From the IMG/VR virus record IMGVR_UViG_3300024264_002047: a DNA stretch of 64,000 nucleotides; one strand, 5' to 3'. The notes under the pieces are model-generated. The model saw only the letters and a program-made list of their open reading frames with translations. It was not told the origin of the DNA and did no database searches. The stretch is from a virus. Of this stretch, positions 17,781 to 26,753 are shown piece by piece. Each line of letters opens with the position of its first letter. Within the stretch, counting starts at the first letter, position 1. The translations under genes were made by a program, and so were the position numbers.

Positions 17781-20339
17781 ATGGCATTGACTAAATTCTA
17801 TACATCCGTTGAAAGATACGGAAACAATATTTTACATCGAGGTTACGAAAATGGTAAACGTTTCTCGTACCGCGTTCCATTTCAGCCTACTCTATATGTT
17901 CATACTCCAAAGTCTGGAGCAGAAGGTTTCCATTCGTTAGAAGGTAACTTACCTGTATCTCCACATAAGTTTGGTGATATGCGCGAAGCAAAGAACTTCA
18001 TCGAAGAATACAAAGGTGTTCATGGTATGAAGACGTTTGGTTCAACAAATTATGTTACTCAGTTTATTCAAGAAGAGTATCCTGATAAGATTACCTATGA
18101 CGTAAGTCAAGTCAATATCGTATCGTTTGATATTGAGGTCGACATCAGTGATGGTTATCCTAATATGGAAACTGCTGATAAACCGATTACATCAATTGCT
18201 TATCATAGTTCTCGAGACGATGTATATTATGTACTTGGTCGTAAGGACTATGACAAGACTAAAACTGTTACTGATATTCCTCAGGACAAGATCAAGTTTG
18301 TATTATTTGATAGTGTTGATGGTGAACGTGCTTTACTTCAATACTTTATGAAACTATGGACAACAGATTATCCGGATATCGTAACAGGTTGGAACGTTGA
18401 GTACTTTGATATTCAATACATCGTAACTCGTATCATCGCGTTACTTGGAGAAGATACTGCAAAGCGTTTATCTCCACACAAATCAATCAAACAAAGATCT
18501 CGAGAAATTTTCGGTAAAGTCAACTCAACATATTCTATTATGGGTGTTGCTGTTATCGACTATATGGATTGTTTCAAAAAGTTTGGTTACAAGTACGGTC
18601 CTCAAGAATCGTATAAGTTAGATCATATTGCTTATGCTGTCCTTGGTGAAAAGAAAATTGATTACTCTGAATATGGTTCACTAACTGGATTATGGGAAGA
18701 GAATCCTCAACTATATCTTGATTATAATTTAAAAGATACTCAGTTAATTGCTCGTCTCGAAGAAGAGACAGGATTGCTTGCATTGGTATGTACAGTTGCG
18801 TATGATGGTGGTGTTAACTATCAAGATGCGTTTGGTACTGTTGGTATATGGGAAGCAACCATATATCGTAAACTGATGAAAGACAAAATCGTTCCTCCAC
18901 TAAAAGGTGCGCCAGGAATGAGAGCAGGAGATCTTGTAGGTGGTTATGTAAAAGATCCTAAGGTTGGAATGCATCCTTGGGTTGTATCTTTTGACCTTAA
19001 CTCTCTATATCCTCATTTGATGTTACAATATAATATGTCACCAGAAACATATATGGATGGAGATCGCGAATATGTAACTCAAGATATGGTACTCAAAGGT
19101 GAATATCAGAATGATCGTGACGGAGTCTCCGTTGCTGCTAATGGTGTTTGCTTTTCTAACAAGAAGTTAGGAATCATTCCTGAAATCATTGATGAATATT
19201 ATGGAAACCGTTCTGTTATTAAAAAGCAGATGATCGCAGCTGAACAACAGTTTGAGATTGAAAAGGATCCTGCAGAGCTCAAGAGGCTCAAGCGTGAGAT
19301 CAACCAATTACATAACTCGCAAATGTCAATTAAGATTGCCATGAACAGTTTGTATGGTGCAACTGCTAACGTATATTTCTTATACTATATTAACGAGATG
19401 GCCGAAGCGATTACCACAAGTGGTCAGCTCAGTATCCGATATGCTCAGAAATCAGTGAATGATTACCTAAACAAAATTCTAGGTACTGATGGTGTTGATT
19501 ACATTATCTATATTGATACCGACTCTATCTATGTTGACTTCGGTCCTCTGATTACAGAAGTATTTGGTACGACTGATATTGATAAAGACAAAGGTGAAGA
19601 GTTCCTTGATAGAGTTTGCTCTACAAAGATAGAACAAATCATCGAAGACGGTTATGAAAAGCTTGCATCTGATCTAGGTACATATCGTAACGCAATGGTA
19701 ATGAAACGTGAAAAGATTGCTCATCGTGGTATCTTTGTTGCTAAGAAACGATATATTCTAAATACGTTGAACTCTGAAGGTGTACATTATGATACTCCTA
19801 AGATAGCAGTGACAGGATTGGAATCAGTAAGATCGTCTACTCCTGAGATCTGTCGAGAGAAACTCAAGAAATGTTTTGAAGTGATTATGAATACTGATGA
19901 ATCAGAAACTCAAAAGTTCATACGTGATTTCAGAGAAGAGTTCCGTAAACTTGATCCTATTGCTATCGCAAAGACTTCAGGTGTTTCTGAACTCAAAAAG
20001 TATCAAGAGAAAGGTTCGATATACAGAAAAGGTACACCAATGCACGTTCGTGGTTCCCTGATGTATAACCACTTCCTCAAAGAGAAAGGACTTGATAAGA
20101 AGTTTGAGACGATTCAAGGTGGAGACAAAGTCAAGTTATTATATTTAAAGGTACCTAATCCTATTCGCGAAAACGCAATATCGGTTCCAGGACTATTACC
20201 AAAACAATTAGGACTCCATGATTACATTGATACTGAACTTCAGTTTGATAAAGTATTCCTAAGTCCTATACAATCAATTCTCGATGCAGTCGGATGGTCG
20301 GCAGAGAAGAGAGATACAATTGAAGATTTCTTCAGTTAA
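17781..20339 (+). CDS. 43: Family B DNA polymerase gp43
   Basis: FDIE, DLNSLYP, KIAMNSLYG, YIDTDS, KKRY; C-terminal IEDFFS. Confidence 0.97.
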   Translation: MALTKFYTSVERYGNNILHRGYENGKRFSYRVPFQPTLYVHTPKSGAEGFHSLEGNLPVSPHKFGDMREAKNFIEEYKGVHGMKTFGSTNYVTQFIQEEYPDKITYDVSQVNIVSFDIEVDISDGYPNMETADKPITSIAYHSSRDDVYYVLGRKDYDKTKTVTDIPQDKIKFVLFDSVDGERALLQYFMKLWTTDYPDIVTGWNVEYFDIQYIVTRIIALLGEDTAKRLSPHKSIKQRSREIFGKVNSTYSIMGVAVIDYMDCFKKFGYKYGPQESYKLDHIAYAVLGEKKIDYSEYGSLTGLWEENPQLYLDYNLKDTQLIARLEEETGLLALVCTVAYDGGVNYQDAFGTVGIWEATIYRKLMKDKIVPPLKGAPGMRAGDLVGGYVKDPKVGMHPWVVSFDLNSLYPHLMLQYNMSPETYMDGDREYVTQDMVLKGEYQNDRDGVSVAANGVCFSNKKLGIIPEIIDEYYGNRSVIKKQMIAAEQQFEIEKDPAELKRLKREINQLHNSQMSIKIAMNSLYGATANVYFLYYINEMAEAITTSGQLSIRYAQKSVNDYLNKILGTDGVDYIIYIDTDSIYVDFGPLITEVFGTTDIDKDKGEEFLDRVCSTKIEQIIEDGYEKLASDLGTYRNAMVMKREKIAHRGIFVAKKRYILNTLNSEGVHYDTPKIAVTGLESVRSSTPEICREKLKKCFEVIMNTDESETQKFIRDFREEFRKLDPIAIAKTSGVSELKKYQEKGSIYRKGTPMHVRGSLMYNHFLKEKGLDKKFETIQGGDKVKLLYLKVPNPIRENAISVPGLLPKQLGLHDYIDTELQFDKVFLSPIQSILDAVGWSAEKRDTIEDFFS

Positions 20340-20343
20340 ACTA

Positions 20344-20372
20344 TTGACATTTATATTAAAGTGTGGTATAAT
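20344..20372 (+). promoter_or_regulatory. Sigma70-type promoter
   Basis: TTGACA-N17-TATAAT. Confidence 0.85.
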
Positions 20373-20395
20373 AGCCACTAAACAGGAGAACAGTA

Positions 20396-20683
20396 ATGAG
20401 TGATGTACAAATTGTAAGGTTATCAACAGGTGAAGAAGTTGTAGCCAAAGTAACATATGATAAAGGATTCTATACATTAACGGATGGTATTCTTTTAGTT
20501 CCAGCAGGTGAAGGTAAAATTGGAATGGTTCCATTCGTACCTTACGCTGAAAGGAAACCAATTTCTATTGCAGAGAATCATGTTATGTTCGTAGCAGAAC
20601 CAATGGATGAATTGAAGAAGCAAGTAATTGAAGCAACGACAGGACTGATCATGCCAGATAGTGGTGGATTAAAACTCGTATGA
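20396..20683 (+). CDS. Conserved T4-like hypothetical protein (Sm-like, RLSTGEEVVA)
   Basis: 95 aa, AGGAG RBS. Confidence 0.75.
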   Translation: MSDVQIVRLSTGEEVVAKVTYDKGFYTLTDGILLVPAGEGKIGMVPFVPYAERKPISIAENHVMFVAEPMDELKKQVIEATTGLIMPDSGGLKLV

Positions 20684-20895
20684 TAGAGATATACGGAAAA
20701 GACAACTGCGCATATTGTAATATGGCAAAACAACTTTGTGAGTCCAAAGGATTGGACTTCGTATACAAATCCTTGGATGTTGATTACAAACAAGATGAAT
20801 TTTTTGAAAAGTTTCCAACCGCAAGAACCTTTCCACAGATTATAATGGAAGGTGAAGCAATTGGTGGATTTAATGAATTACGGGATAAATTATGA
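20680..20895 (+). CDS. Glutaredoxin
   Basis: CAYC, TFPQI, IGGF. Confidence 0.9.
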   Translation: MIEIYGKDNCAYCNMAKQLCESKGLDFVYKSLDVDYKQDEFFEKFPTARTFPQIIMEGEAIGGFNELRDKL

Positions 20896-21305
20896 GTAAG
20901 GATTGGGTAAAAGACATTGTTGACATGCAGTCAAAATATAAAACACACAACTGGGTAGCAAACGCAGATGTGGAAAAGTTGAAAGCGTTTTTGGAATTTA
21001 GAGTTAACTTCCTACAAGAAGAACTCGAGGAAACAAGAACAGCTCAAAAAGATATCGACTCCGAAGAAATTGTAGATGGTTTAGTTGACCTTTGTGTAGT
21101 GGCAATCGGTACTCTTGATGCCTTCGGAGTCGATCCTTATAAAGCTTGGGACGCAGTTCTCGAAGCAAACATGGCCAAAGAACCTGGAGTAAAGGAAGGA
21201 CGGCCAAACCCACTAGGATTACCTGACTTGATGAAACCTGAAGGATGGACGGCTCCATCTCATGAAGGCAATCATGGTATCCTACCAAAACTTAAAGGAG
21301 AGTAA
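20892..21305 (+). CDS. MazG-like (PRA-PH-type) NTP pyrophosphohydrolase
   Basis: QEELEE...EIVDGLVDL, ANMAK, KPEGW. Confidence 0.8.
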   Translation: MSKDWVKDIVDMQSKYKTHNWVANADVEKLKAFLEFRVNFLQEELEETRTAQKDIDSEEIVDGLVDLCVVAIGTLDAFGVDPYKAWDAVLEANMAKEPGVKEGRPNPLGLPDLMKPEGWTAPSHEGNHGILPKLKGE

Positions 21306-21306
21306 A

Positions 21307-21534
21307 ATGGCAATTAGAGAAATATTAGTTAATGCGTTAGTTTCAAGGTATGAAGCAGCCATTGCAGAACATACAGCAAACATTGCGGTATTTTTAGAGA
21401 ATGGAGTTGGAGTAGCAGAACATCCTGGTACAGTTGAAACTCTTGATGCTGAAGTCGCAAAACTTGCCGAAGCCGAAGATAAATTGGCAACAGTAAGAAC
21501 GTTTCTATTACCAGTTCCGCCAAAAGTTGTATAA
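21307..21534 (+). CDS. Conserved hypothetical protein (GVAEHP)
   Basis: AAGGAG RBS before ATG 21307. Confidence 0.7.
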   Translation: MAIREILVNALVSRYEAAIAEHTANIAVFLENGVGVAEHPGTVETLDAEVAKLAEAEDKLATVRTFLLPVPPKVV

Positions 21535-21615
21535 ATTATTGATTTTGTTAGTAGTTCTTGTATATATAAATTTATATGTTACATTACTGTAACATGTAGG
21601 CAACAGGAAAGAAAC

Positions 21616-21702
21616 ATGACATACATAGCAAAACAATACAAAAAGTTCCATCATATGATGAAAAGGAACAGAATTCAGAACGTTTGGAGAAAAGTTCTCT
21701 AA
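21616..21702 (+). CDS. Possible 28 aa basic peptide
   Basis: AGGAAAG RBS, MTYIAKQYKKFHHMMKRNRIQNVWRKVL. Confidence 0.4.
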   Translation: MTYIAKQYKKFHHMMKRNRIQNVWRKVL

Positions 21703-21719
21703 ATATCTGAAATAAACCA

Positions 21720-21748
21720 TTGACATTCTTTATGATATAGATTATAAT
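21720..21748 (+). promoter_or_regulatory. Sigma70-type promoter
   Basis: TTGACA-N17-TATAAT. Confidence 0.85.
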
Positions 21749-21780
21749 TGTTCTATAAATTAAATTAATGGACTTACATT

Positions 21781-22326
21781 ATGGCATATTATGAAAAGGT
21801 CAACACAAACCTTAAATTGAAACTGATGGCAGACTGCGTTGTTGAAAATCACCCAGTCTATAAAGAAAGTCCTTTCCGTGAGGCTGTTCTACAACGGCCT
21901 GCGGATTTTAACCTAGAACATTTAATAGAACAATCGTTCGCTCTCTGCTCAAATGGTCTATACGAATTCAACGACGGTATCCACGAAGACTTCACAGATG
22001 AATCTGAATCCAAAACGGGTACATTACACATATCGGCCAAGAGCAGTTCAGCCGAACTCTCAAGCGTAAGATCTCATGACGGTGTCTTAAAGAAAGGTGC
22101 TATCCGAGCGGTTGTTGTTAACCCTGACACAGAAAAATTACATTACTTCTTTATACCAAAAGCTGTTGTAAAAACTATGATGACAACAAAGGAAGGCAAA
22201 CCAAAAGTTAATCGTTCTTTATGGATTCGTTACAATAGTAAGAAAAAACTATTTACATCTGTAGAAAAGTATGGTATAATAGAACATAACAATTTAAAAG
22301 ACGTTGCTATGGAAAAAAACCGATGA
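21781..22326 (+). CDS. Hypothetical protein, possible PD-(D/E)xK nuclease
   Basis: E..IE, EDFTDESESKT pattern; has its own promoter. Confidence 0.5.
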   Translation: MAYYEKVNTNLKLKLMADCVVENHPVYKESPFREAVLQRPADFNLEHLIEQSFALCSNGLYEFNDGIHEDFTDESESKTGTLHISAKSSSAELSSVRSHDGVLKKGAIRAVVVNPDTEKLHYFFIPKAVVKTMMTTKEGKPKVNRSLWIRYNSKKKLFTSVEKYGIIEHNNLKDVAMEKNR

Positions 22327-22342
22327 GTATACGAAGTTTCCA

Positions 22343-22371
22343 TTGACATTATCAAGAATCTTTGATATAAT
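22343..22371 (+). promoter_or_regulatory. Sigma70-type promoter
   Basis: TTGACA-N17-TATAAT. Confidence 0.85.
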
Positions 22372-22394
22372 ATATTTTTTATTATGGAGTCTAT

Positions 22395-22739
22395 ATGACA
22401 AAACCAACCAACCCAGTTTCGGTCGATGTACTACAAGAGTGCGTTGACCTTCAATTGAAAAAGTCGAGAGATTATCAAAATCCAAACTCGACTGTTCAAC
22501 AAGCTGACTACTATCCTAACGGAATTACAACCATTCATGATATTATGCATGCAAAAATGCTACGTATGAAATCAGTAATGGAAGCAATGCAGTCAGATGA
22601 TTACGATCCTAACTTTGAGTCCCTTGAAGATTCAGCAAAAGATTTAATTAACTATTCAAGTTTCTTTGTCTCTTACTGTCGTCAAGGTATTACAGGTCAG
22701 GATTCAACTAAAGATGTATTTAACAGGAGTACTAAATAA
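22395..22739 (+). CDS. DUF1599-like (nucleotide-modification-associated) helical protein
   Basis: KKSRDY...KMLRMKS...ESLEDSAKDLINY pattern. Confidence 0.6.
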   Translation: MTKPTNPVSVDVLQECVDLQLKKSRDYQNPNSTVQQADYYPNGITTIHDIMHAKMLRMKSVMEAMQSDDYDPNFESLEDSAKDLINYSSFFVSYCRQGITGQDSTKDVFNRSTK

Positions 22740-22993
22740 TGAGCAATGTGATATTACCGTCAAGTGACGAAGACAAAAAACGAATCCGTGGTTGCATGGA
22801 AGAAATGAGTAATTCTTTTACAAGAATGGAAGGCGAACGTGATTTTCAGAAAGAAGCAATCAATGCTTTGGCTGACGAAGTTCAGATCCCAAAATCAATC
22901 CTAAGGAAAACCGCAAGAGCTTTCCATAATCAAAATGTTTCTGATCTAATTGCAGAAGTATCTGATATTGAAGCGTTAATGGAATCTATCTAA
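22739..22993 (+). CDS. dsbA: T4 DsbA-like dsDNA-binding protein
   Basis: 84 aa helical, EMSNS...QKEAI...LRKTARAFH. Confidence 0.65.
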   Translation: MSNVILPSSDEDKKRIRGCMEEMSNSFTRMEGERDFQKEAINALADEVQIPKSILRKTARAFHNQNVSDLIAEVSDIEALMESI

Positions 22994-23661
22994 TGAAACA
23001 AGTCCAAGACATTCGTAACATCATTATGAACAAGTATCTCTGTGAAGATTTTACTGTTGATCGTACTGGTGCAAAAACTATCGAAGTCTTTGGTGAATCG
23101 TTTCTTGCCGATGAAGACTACGTAATTCGTAAACCTGCATATAAGTATATTGAACGTGAACTAGATTGGTACATGTCTGAATCATTATATGTTGATGATA
23201 TTCCTGGTGATACACCACAGATTTGGAAAGACATATCTTCTGACGAAGGTAAGATCAATTCTAATTATGGTTGGTGTATTTACTCTGAAGAGAATGGTCA
23301 TCAGTATAAACATGTACTTCGAGAGTTGAGAAATAATCCAAACAGCCGACGTGCTTCAATGATTTATAATCGACCAAGTATGCATACTGATTTCAACCGC
23401 GACGGTATGAATGACTTTATGTGTACCTTTAGTAATACGTTTATGATTCGTGATGGCAAACTTATTTCCCATTATGTAATGAGATCTAACGATGCAGTCT
23501 TTGGTTATAACAATGATTATGCTTGGGCAAAGTTTGTTCAAGGACAACTTGCTTATGATCTTGAAGTTGAAGTCGGTGATCTTATTTGGACTGCTACTAA
23601 CTTTCATGTTTACGAAAGACACTTCGACCAAGTTGAGGCATTAGTGAATGCAGGATCCTAA
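22993..23661 (+). CDS. 42: dCMP hydroxymethylase-like enzyme (thymidylate synthase fold, T4 gp42-like)
   Basis: ELDWY, INSNYGW, SRRA, DFMCT, MRSND..FGYNNDYAW, HVYERHF; Asp at the cytosine-specificity position. Confidence 0.88.
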   Translation: MKQVQDIRNIIMNKYLCEDFTVDRTGAKTIEVFGESFLADEDYVIRKPAYKYIERELDWYMSESLYVDDIPGDTPQIWKDISSDEGKINSNYGWCIYSEENGHQYKHVLRELRNNPNSRRASMIYNRPSMHTDFNRDGMNDFMCTFSNTFMIRDGKLISHYVMRSNDAVFGYNNDYAWAKFVQGQLAYDLEVEVGDLIWTATNFHVYERHFDQVEALVNAGS

Positions 23662-24094
23662 ATGGGATAAACGTTTTATGAACGTTGCTCGAGAGATCTC
23701 TACATGGAGTAAAGATCCTTCAAAACAAATAGGTGCGGTGGCAGTTAACTCTGACCGTCGTATCCTAGCAACTGGTTATAATGGATTCCCAAAAGGAATT
23801 GACGATACACCAGAACGTTATGAAAATCGAGAGCTTAAATATAGTTTGGTCGTACATGCCGAAATGAATTGCATATATAATGCTACCTTTAATGGTATTT
23901 CGTTAAAAGATGCAACTCTATATGTTTGGGGATTACCAGTTTGCTCTGATTGTGCAAAGGGAATTATCCAGGTTGGCATAAATAGAATTGTAATGGCAAC
24001 AAGTGATGTACCAGAGAAATGGTCAGAGTCATTTGAAAAATCAAGAAACATGTTTTCAGAAGCTAATGTTGAAATTAGTAACATTTACTATTGA
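23648..24094 (+). CDS. cd: dCMP deaminase
   Basis: GYNG, HAE, PVCSDC. Confidence 0.9.
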   Translation: MQDPKWDKRFMNVAREISTWSKDPSKQIGAVAVNSDRRILATGYNGFPKGIDDTPERYENRELKYSLVVHAEMNCIYNATFNGISLKDATLYVWGLPVCSDCAKGIIQVGINRIVMATSDVPEKWSESFEKSRNMFSEANVEISNIYY

Positions 24095-24119
24095 CAACCA
24101 CTTGATAATTTGTTATAAT
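24091..24119 (+). promoter_or_regulatory. Sigma70-type promoter
   Basis: TTGACA-N17-TATAAT. Confidence 0.85.
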
Positions 24120-24146
24120 AGAATTATTATTTTAAAAGGATATATT

Positions 24147-24350
24147 ATGAAAGAAAAATTGAAAGACCTTGGAATGGGATTGGCAGTAATACTAGGAATT
24201 GCATTTTCTGTATACGCAGCTATTTCTTTATTAGAACTTGTTAATATGACATCTGACCAAATCAGACTTGCATTAGCAACTCCATTCTTTATTTACTTCT
24301 GCTACCTCTTCGGTGGTTTAACAAGATCTATGCTAAATAGAAGTAATTAA
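24147..24350 (+). CDS. Two-TM membrane protein
   Basis: AAGGA RBS before ATG 24147; two hydrophobic helices. Confidence 0.65.
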   Translation: MKEKLKDLGMGLAVILGIAFSVYAAISLLELVNMTSDQIRLALATPFFIYFCYLFGGLTRSMLNRSN

Positions 24351-24351
24351 T

Positions 24352-25392
24352 ATGTCTCTACATAAACGCATAGTACTTGACTTTGACGATACACTCGCAT
24401 ACACATCAGATCGAGATTGGGCAAACGCAACGCCTAATCTTGGTCTGATAGAAAAGTGTAATAAACTATACGAAGCTGGTTGGATTATTGATATCTTTAC
24501 AGCTCGTGGTTCTATTTCCTGTAGGAGTAGAGTTGAAGCATCAGAAAAGTACGGTCCTCAGATCGAAGAATGGTTAAACAAACATCATGTAAAATATCAT
24601 GCTCTATCTTTTGATAAACCACTTGCAGCATACTATGTTGACGACAAAGGTATTACTCCTGAAGATTTTATAGAAACAGATATAAGAGAACTCGAAGGTG
24701 GTCTCTCAGGTTCTGATATCTATACTGATGGTAAGGTAGTACATAAGACAGCAAGAAATGCCCATGAGGCAGCAAAGTGGTTCAAAGATACTGGTGATAT
24801 TGTAAACACTCCAACGATTCATAGAGTTGTAGGTAATACACTTACAATGGATTATATTGAAAACGATCCAAACTATTTTACAGACAGTCCTTATAAAGCA
24901 TTGGCAATGATTCAAGAATCTCTTGATGCTTTTGATTCTATTAAACAAACTAAGTTTCTAACCTTTGATGATTACATCGCAAGAATAGTAAGTCATGTTC
25001 AATTGGCAGACCTTGAACCATTTAATGATGTGATTGAGAAATTAGCAACAATTGAATTAGAATACGGATATTGTCATGGAGATTTTGGTGTTAAGAACAT
25101 GCTGTTTAATGAAGACAAATTGTTCTTAATTGATCCTATCCCTAACGTATTTGGTTGTCGTGAACTTGACATAGCAAAGTTTATCGCAAGTTTAATGATT
25201 AACCGTTACAGTTCTTCAGAACAAGATCTTGCTATTGATACACTGTTGGCTTATAATAAGTATATAGACAAGTATGACTTACTTACGCTTGTTGCTGCTG
25301 AAATTATTCGTGTATATAAGTACCATGGAGACAAAGATTTTATCATTCAGTTAGTTGACGACGTAATGGATATGGTTGAATATGCAGGCTAA
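24352..25392 (+). CDS. HAD phosphatase fused to APH/choline-kinase-like domain
   Basis: N-terminal DFDDT, TARG, KP..YYVDDK; C-terminal GGLSGS, HGDF..N, LIDP. Confidence 0.82.
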   Translation: MSLHKRIVLDFDDTLAYTSDRDWANATPNLGLIEKCNKLYEAGWIIDIFTARGSISCRSRVEASEKYGPQIEEWLNKHHVKYHALSFDKPLAAYYVDDKGITPEDFIETDIRELEGGLSGSDIYTDGKVVHKTARNAHEAAKWFKDTGDIVNTPTIHRVVGNTLTMDYIENDPNYFTDSPYKALAMIQESLDAFDSIKQTKFLTFDDYIARIVSHVQLADLEPFNDVIEKLATIELEYGYCHGDFGVKNMLFNEDKLFLIDPIPNVFGCRELDIAKFIASLMINRYSSSEQDLAIDTLLAYNKYIDKYDLLTLVAAEIIRVYKYHGDKDFIIQLVDDVMDMVEYAG

Positions 25393-26305
25393 TAATATAT
25401 TTATAGTAAGCAATAAAATCTCAAGGATTGAAAACCTTCTTGAGATGTATAATGTATACGACGAAGATACATATATGAATTTGCATGTTATCTTAGATGA
25501 TCGGAATTGTACATATAACGTAGAAAGTATATCAGATAAGATAACAATTCACTATGCAACTGATGTGATTGCTAAAGTAAAACATTTCTTTGATGAAGAG
25601 TGGTTGTTACGAATACTTGATGTATATGGAGTGGCAATCAAATGGTTGGTCTTTCCTTATGTACATGAAATATTAAACATCAACAGAGCAATGATGATTG
25701 ATGACGATACGTTATTACTCAAGCCTGTTGACCACTATTTCTTTGAACCTTATGTATTCTATAACGAATCTGCATTAGGTATTATGGGTAAGTTTGTAGA
25801 AGTAGTACTTGATCCAATTTATAAGGATAAGGTTGATATTACTACAATGAGAACCAAACCTTATTTTAGTATGAATTCTGGTCAGGTTGTACATACAAGA
25901 AACGATCATTATCTTGAGTTCTTTAAAAGAGCAGCTTGTAAAGATATGTATGTTCTTATTATGGAAGGTGTACACAAGTATAAAAACAAAAAAGGTTATG
26001 GTGGTTCTGTTATACCAAAGTATGGAACTCCAGGTAATAACCGATCTATGGGTGGAAAGTTTTGGTGTATAGAACAAAACATATATGCAATTTATTATAG
26101 ATGGTTATCAGAGAATGGATTTGAGGTAAGTAGGTTTGGTAGTGACGTACGTATTTGGACTACGGTTCTAAAACTCGACGCAGTGTTAAATTTTAAAACC
26201 TTCCCTGCATATATACATTATCTACCAACTGATAAAACACCACTCTATACGGTGTATGCTAAACGAGTTAAAGAAATTTTGAGGGAAGAAAATGTTTCTA
26301 GATAG
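25382..26305 (+). CDS. Putative GT-A fold glycosyltransferase
   Basis: MMIDDD metal motif, NSG, EQ, H pattern like GT8/GT34. Confidence 0.55.
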   Translation: MQANNIFIVSNKISRIENLLEMYNVYDEDTYMNLHVILDDRNCTYNVESISDKITIHYATDVIAKVKHFFDEEWLLRILDVYGVAIKWLVFPYVHEILNINRAMMIDDDTLLLKPVDHYFFEPYVFYNESALGIMGKFVEVVLDPIYKDKVDITTMRTKPYFSMNSGQVVHTRNDHYLEFFKRAACKDMYVLIMEGVHKYKNKKGYGGSVIPKYGTPGNNRSMGGKFWCIEQNIYAIYYRWLSENGFEVSRFGSDVRIWTTVLKLDAVLNFKTFPAYIHYLPTDKTPLYTVYAKRVKEILREENVSR

Positions 26306-26726
26306 GAAAAAATTACCGGCAGATTGTAAGGTCGGATTTACATGTTCAACGTTTGATCTGTTTCATGCAGGTCATATTGTAATGCTACAAGAAGCAAAGA
26401 CGTTGTGTGATTATTTAATTGTTGGATTATTGATTGACCCAACCGTGGATCGTCCTGATGCAAAGAACGCACCAGTTCAGACTCCATTTGAAAGATACAT
26501 ACAGTTATCTTCTTGTAAATATGTAGACGAGGTAATACCTTTCTCAACTGAACAAGAATTGGTTGATATGATTTTAACTATCAATCCTGATATTAGAATT
26601 GTTGGTGAAGAATACAAAGATGTTGAGCATACTGGAAAAGGTTTATGTCCTGTTCATTATAATCGTAGAAGGCATTCTTTCAGTTCGTCAGAGCTCAGAC
26701 AACGTGTGGTCAATTCGGATAAATAA
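26292..26726 (+). CDS. Glycerol-3-phosphate cytidylyltransferase (TagD)-like
   Basis: TFDLFHAGH, YVDEVIP, RRHSFSSSELR. Confidence 0.88.
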   Translation: MFLDRKKLPADCKVGFTCSTFDLFHAGHIVMLQEAKTLCDYLIVGLLIDPTVDRPDAKNAPVQTPFERYIQLSSCKYVDEVIPFSTEQELVDMILTINPDIRIVGEEYKDVEHTGKGLCPVHYNRRRHSFSSSELRQRVVNSDK

Positions 26727-26753
26727 ATTTAACAGAACGGCAAACTTTATATT

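Noticed and set aside
17781-20339. Intein, intron or split in gp43 (also checked topoisomerase, uvsW, gp46)
   Set aside because: Lengths and motif spacing are normal; no insertion seen
22993-23661. Ordinary thymidylate synthase ThyA
   Set aside because: Has DFMCT and the cytosine-specific Asp of gp42-type enzymes rather than PCH and Asn
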